A stretch of DNA of 63,804 bases, filler included, from Candidatus Rokuibacteriota bacterium (GTDB lineage: Bacteria; JAUVQV01; DATDCY01): NCBI GenBank assembly GCA_031406795.1. It is 5 parts of 5 records of this genome, joined end to end, with 100 filler letters (N's around TTAATTAATTAA, not from the genome) between each part and the next. Parts side by side here need not be neighbours in the genome. Positions count along the whole stretch, not along the records: positions 61,503 to 63,804 come from JANOHV010000016.1; 4 more parts are not named here. One strand, written 5' to 3'. The translations under genes were made by a program, and so were the position numbers. Positions within the stretch are counted from its first letter, which is position 1, and each line of letters opens with the position of its first letter. Under the pieces are notes generated by a model. It saw only the letters and a program-made list of their open reading frames with translations. It was not told the origin of the DNA and did not search any database. This document shows positions 61,503 to 63,804 of the stretch, one piece after another.

Positions 61503-63185
61503 CTTGCCGGCGCGATCGGGCGCTCGGGCCCCGGCGACGTCGAGATCCGCGAAGACCGGGAGTTCACCGATCTGCCCCCCGATCGGGCGATCTTTCTGCT
61601 CGGGTGGGAGAACCGGTTCCTGCCCGCCCTGCGCGGCGCGATCGCCGGGTACGACGCCGTGATCGGCGAACGCGAGGTGCGCCTGGAGGGCTCCTCCGTT
61701 GCGCGCGACGGCCACGCCTTCGTGATCGCCGCGCGCCACCCGGCAAACGCACAGCTCACGCTCTCGTGGGCCGCGCTCGACGACCCGGCGGCCGCGGCGG
61801 GTCTCGGCCGCAAGCTGCCGCACTACCACAAGTACAGTTACCTCGCCTTCGAGGGCGCCGAGCCCGCCAATGTCGCCAAGGGGCGCTGGCCGGCGACCGG
61901 ATCGCCGCTGACGCTCCCGATCGGGACGGGGGACACCGCCCCCCCCGCCGGGGCGATGGCGCGGCTTCCGAAGCGCCAGGCTCTCGCCACCCTGCCCCCG
62001 CGCTTCTCGCGCGAGCGCATGCTTGCGGATGTCGGCACGCTCGCCGGACCAACACTCGGCGGCCGCGGGTTCGGCACCGCGGGGCTCGAGCAGGCCGCGG
62101 AGCACATCGTGGCGGCGTTCGCCGCGGCCGGCCTGACACCGGCGGGCGACAAGCCGGGCAGCTGGTTCCAGGCGTTTGGCGCGCGCGGCGGCAACCCGCC
62201 GCGCGAGGCGGTCGTGAGGAATGTCGTCGGGGTGATCCCGGGGACCGACCGCGATCTCCAGAAGGACCTGCTAGTGATCGGCGCGCACTACGACCACCTC
62301 GGCGAAGGCGACCCCGGCAGTCTGCCCGCGAACCGGGGACGCGTCCACCCCGGCGCCGACGACAACGCCAGCGGGGTCGCCGTGCTGCTCGAACTGGCGC
62401 GCACGCTGGCCAGGGGTGAGCGGCCGGCGCGGACGGTCGTCTTCGTCGCCTTTGCTGGAGAGGAGGCGGGCCGGCTCGGATCGCTGCACTTTGTCGCGCA
62501 GAACAGCTTCGCACCCGCCCGCACGCTGGCCATGGTCAATTTCGACACCATCGGGCGGCTCGAGGGCCGCAGGATTCTCGCGCTCGGAGGCGCGTCCGCG
62601 CCGGAGTGGGTGCACATCCTGCTCGGCGCCGGGTATCTCGCCGGCGCGGAGACCGCGATGGCGGCCGAGGAGCTCGACGCGAGCGACGACGCGACCTTCC
62701 GGCGCGCCGGCATCCCCGCGGTCCAGCTCTTCGGCGGTCCGAGCACCGACTACCACCGCCCGACCGACACCGTGGAGAAGATCGACGGCGCCGGCCTCGA
62801 GAAAGTGGCCGCGCTCGCCGCAGAGGTCGTCGGTTACCTGGCCGGTCGGGAGGCCCGGCTCAGCGCGGCTGCCGCGGGGCCGTCGACAGCGCCAGGCCCG
62901 GGGGCCGGTGGCGGCGCCGGGGAGCGCAAGGTCAGCCTCGGCGTCGTCCCCGACTTCGCGTTCGCCGGGCCCGGAGTCCGCCTCGAAGGGGTGGTGCCCG
63001 GCTCACCCGCGGAAACCGCGGGTCTGCGCGCGGGGGATCTCCTGCTCGCCATCGACGGCAGAACCCTGACGGGACTGAGGGAACTCTCCGCGCTGCTGAA
63101 ATCCCTTCCGCCGGGCAAGGTCGGCCTGAAGTACCTGCGCGACGGGCGTGAGGCGACCGTCGAGGCGCTGCTCACTTCGCGTTAG
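61503..63185 (+). CDS. M28 peptidase with C-terminal PDZ domain, 5'-partial
   Basis: GAHYDHLG, GADDNASG, AGEEAG, NFDTIGR, YHRPTD; LGVVPD..GSPA..AGL PDZ. Confidence 0.9.
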   Translation, partial: LAGAIGRSGPGDVEIREDREFTDLPPDRAIFLLGWENRFLPALRGAIAGYDAVIGEREVRLEGSSVARDGHAFVIAARHPANAQLTLSWAALDDPAAAAGLGRKLPHYHKYSYLAFEGAEPANVAKGRWPATGSPLTLPIGTGDTAPPAGAMARLPKRQALATLPPRFSRERMLADVGTLAGPTLGGRGFGTAGLEQAAEHIVAAFAAAGLTPAGDKPGSWFQAFGARGGNPPREAVVRNVVGVIPGTDRDLQKDLLVIGAHYDHLGEGDPGSLPANRGRVHPGADDNASGVAVLLELARTLARGERPARTVVFVAFAGEEAGRLGSLHFVAQNSFAPARTLAMVNFDTIGRLEGRRILALGGASAPEWVHILLGAGYLAGAETAMAAEELDASDDATFRRAGIPAVQLFGGPSTDYHRPTDTVEKIDGAGLEKVAALAAEVVGYLAGREARLSAAAAGPSTAPGPGAGGGAGERKVSLGVVPDFAFAGPGVRLEGVVPGSPAETAGLRAGDLLLAIDGRTLTGLRELSALLKSLPPGKVGLKYLRDGREATVEALLTSR

Positions 63186-63804
63186 CGGCGAGGAACCGGT
63201 AGAACGTCGCCCGCGAGACTCCGAGCAGGCGCGCCGCCTGGACGCGGTTGCCGCCGGCCTGGCGCAGCATTTCATCGACCGCGGCTCGCGTGAGCCGTGG
63301 GGCCAGGCGCGGTGCCGGCGGGGCGGGCGCAGCCCCGGACGAGGTCGCGGCCGTGAGCGCCGGGGGGAGGTGTTGCGGGCCGATGACCGGCCCGTGACAC
63401 TTGATGATCGCGTACTGGATGGCGTTCTGCAACTCCCGCACGTTGCCGGGCCAGGAATACCTTTCGATGATGCGCCGGGCGTCCAGCCCGAGCGTATACC
63501 CGGTCTGCCCGGGTCGGTTCTGGTAGTTCTTGAGGAATTCCGTGGCGAGGAGCAGGATGTCGTCCCCGCGCTCCCGCAACGGGGGCAGTGTGATCGGGAC
63601 CACGCACAGCCGGTAATACAGATCGTCCCGGAAGCGACCGGCGGCCACTTCGCCCCGCAGATCCTTGTGGGTCGCGCTGATCACGCGGACGTCGACCCGG
63701 AGGGTCTTCTCGCCGCCGACCTTCTCGAGGGTCCCCTCCTGCAGGACCCGGAGGAGTTTGACCTGCATCAACTGCGTGAGGTCACCGATCTCGTCGAGGA
63801 AGAT
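63172..63804 (-). CDS. sigma-54-dependent transcriptional activator, 5'-partial
   Basis: [32 protein letters not shown], Fis-type HTH. Confidence 0.93.
   Translation of the reverse strand: MFLDEIGDLTQLMQVKLLRVLQEGTLEKVGGEKTLRVDVRVISATHKDLRGEVAAGRFRDDLYYRLCVVPITLPPLRERGDDILLLATEFLKNYQNRPGQTGYTLGLDARRIIERYSWPGNVRELQNAIQYAIIKCHGPVIGPQHLPPALTAATSSGAAPAPPAPRLAPRLTRAAVDEMLRQAGGNRVQAARLLGVSRATFYRFLAANAK

Overview
High-GC bacterial DNA, probably from a draft or metagenome-assembled genome. It is five contigs joined by artificial N...TTAATTAATTAA...N linkers (14940-15039, 42341-42440, 50050-50149, 61403-61502), so adjacency across linkers means nothing. Lipoproteins, TolC, an OPX protein and the DnaK insert point to a diderm organism; the gene content looks Deltaproteobacteria-like (inference). 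Contig 1 has an HD-GYP gene, hrcA-grpE-dnaK, a diguanylate cyclase, a pyrR-pyrB-pyrC-pyrK-pyrD operon with a PyrR site, and a CsgG-like operon. Contig 2 has an ~21 kb Wzx/Wzy exopolysaccharide cluster and a large surface protein. Contig 3 has a radical SAM / GT-C / GT2 glycosylation locus. Contig 4 has topA, a decayed lower-GC cassette with MITE/REP debris, and a serine palmitoyltransferase-SDR-TolC-MlaC run. Contig 5 has an M28/PDZ peptidase and a sigma-54 activator. Top leads: (1) a candidate sphingolipid synthesis-plus-export operon; (2) an identical 138-bp non-coding element end at two contig ends, resembling an IS110/IS1111 end with an internal copy of its own terminus, both copies just upstream of host promoters; (3) a four-copy structured repeat family with covarying stems and swapped modules at gene 3' ends; (4) repeated signs of leaderless transcripts. 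All calls come from motif recognition by eye; no searches were run.
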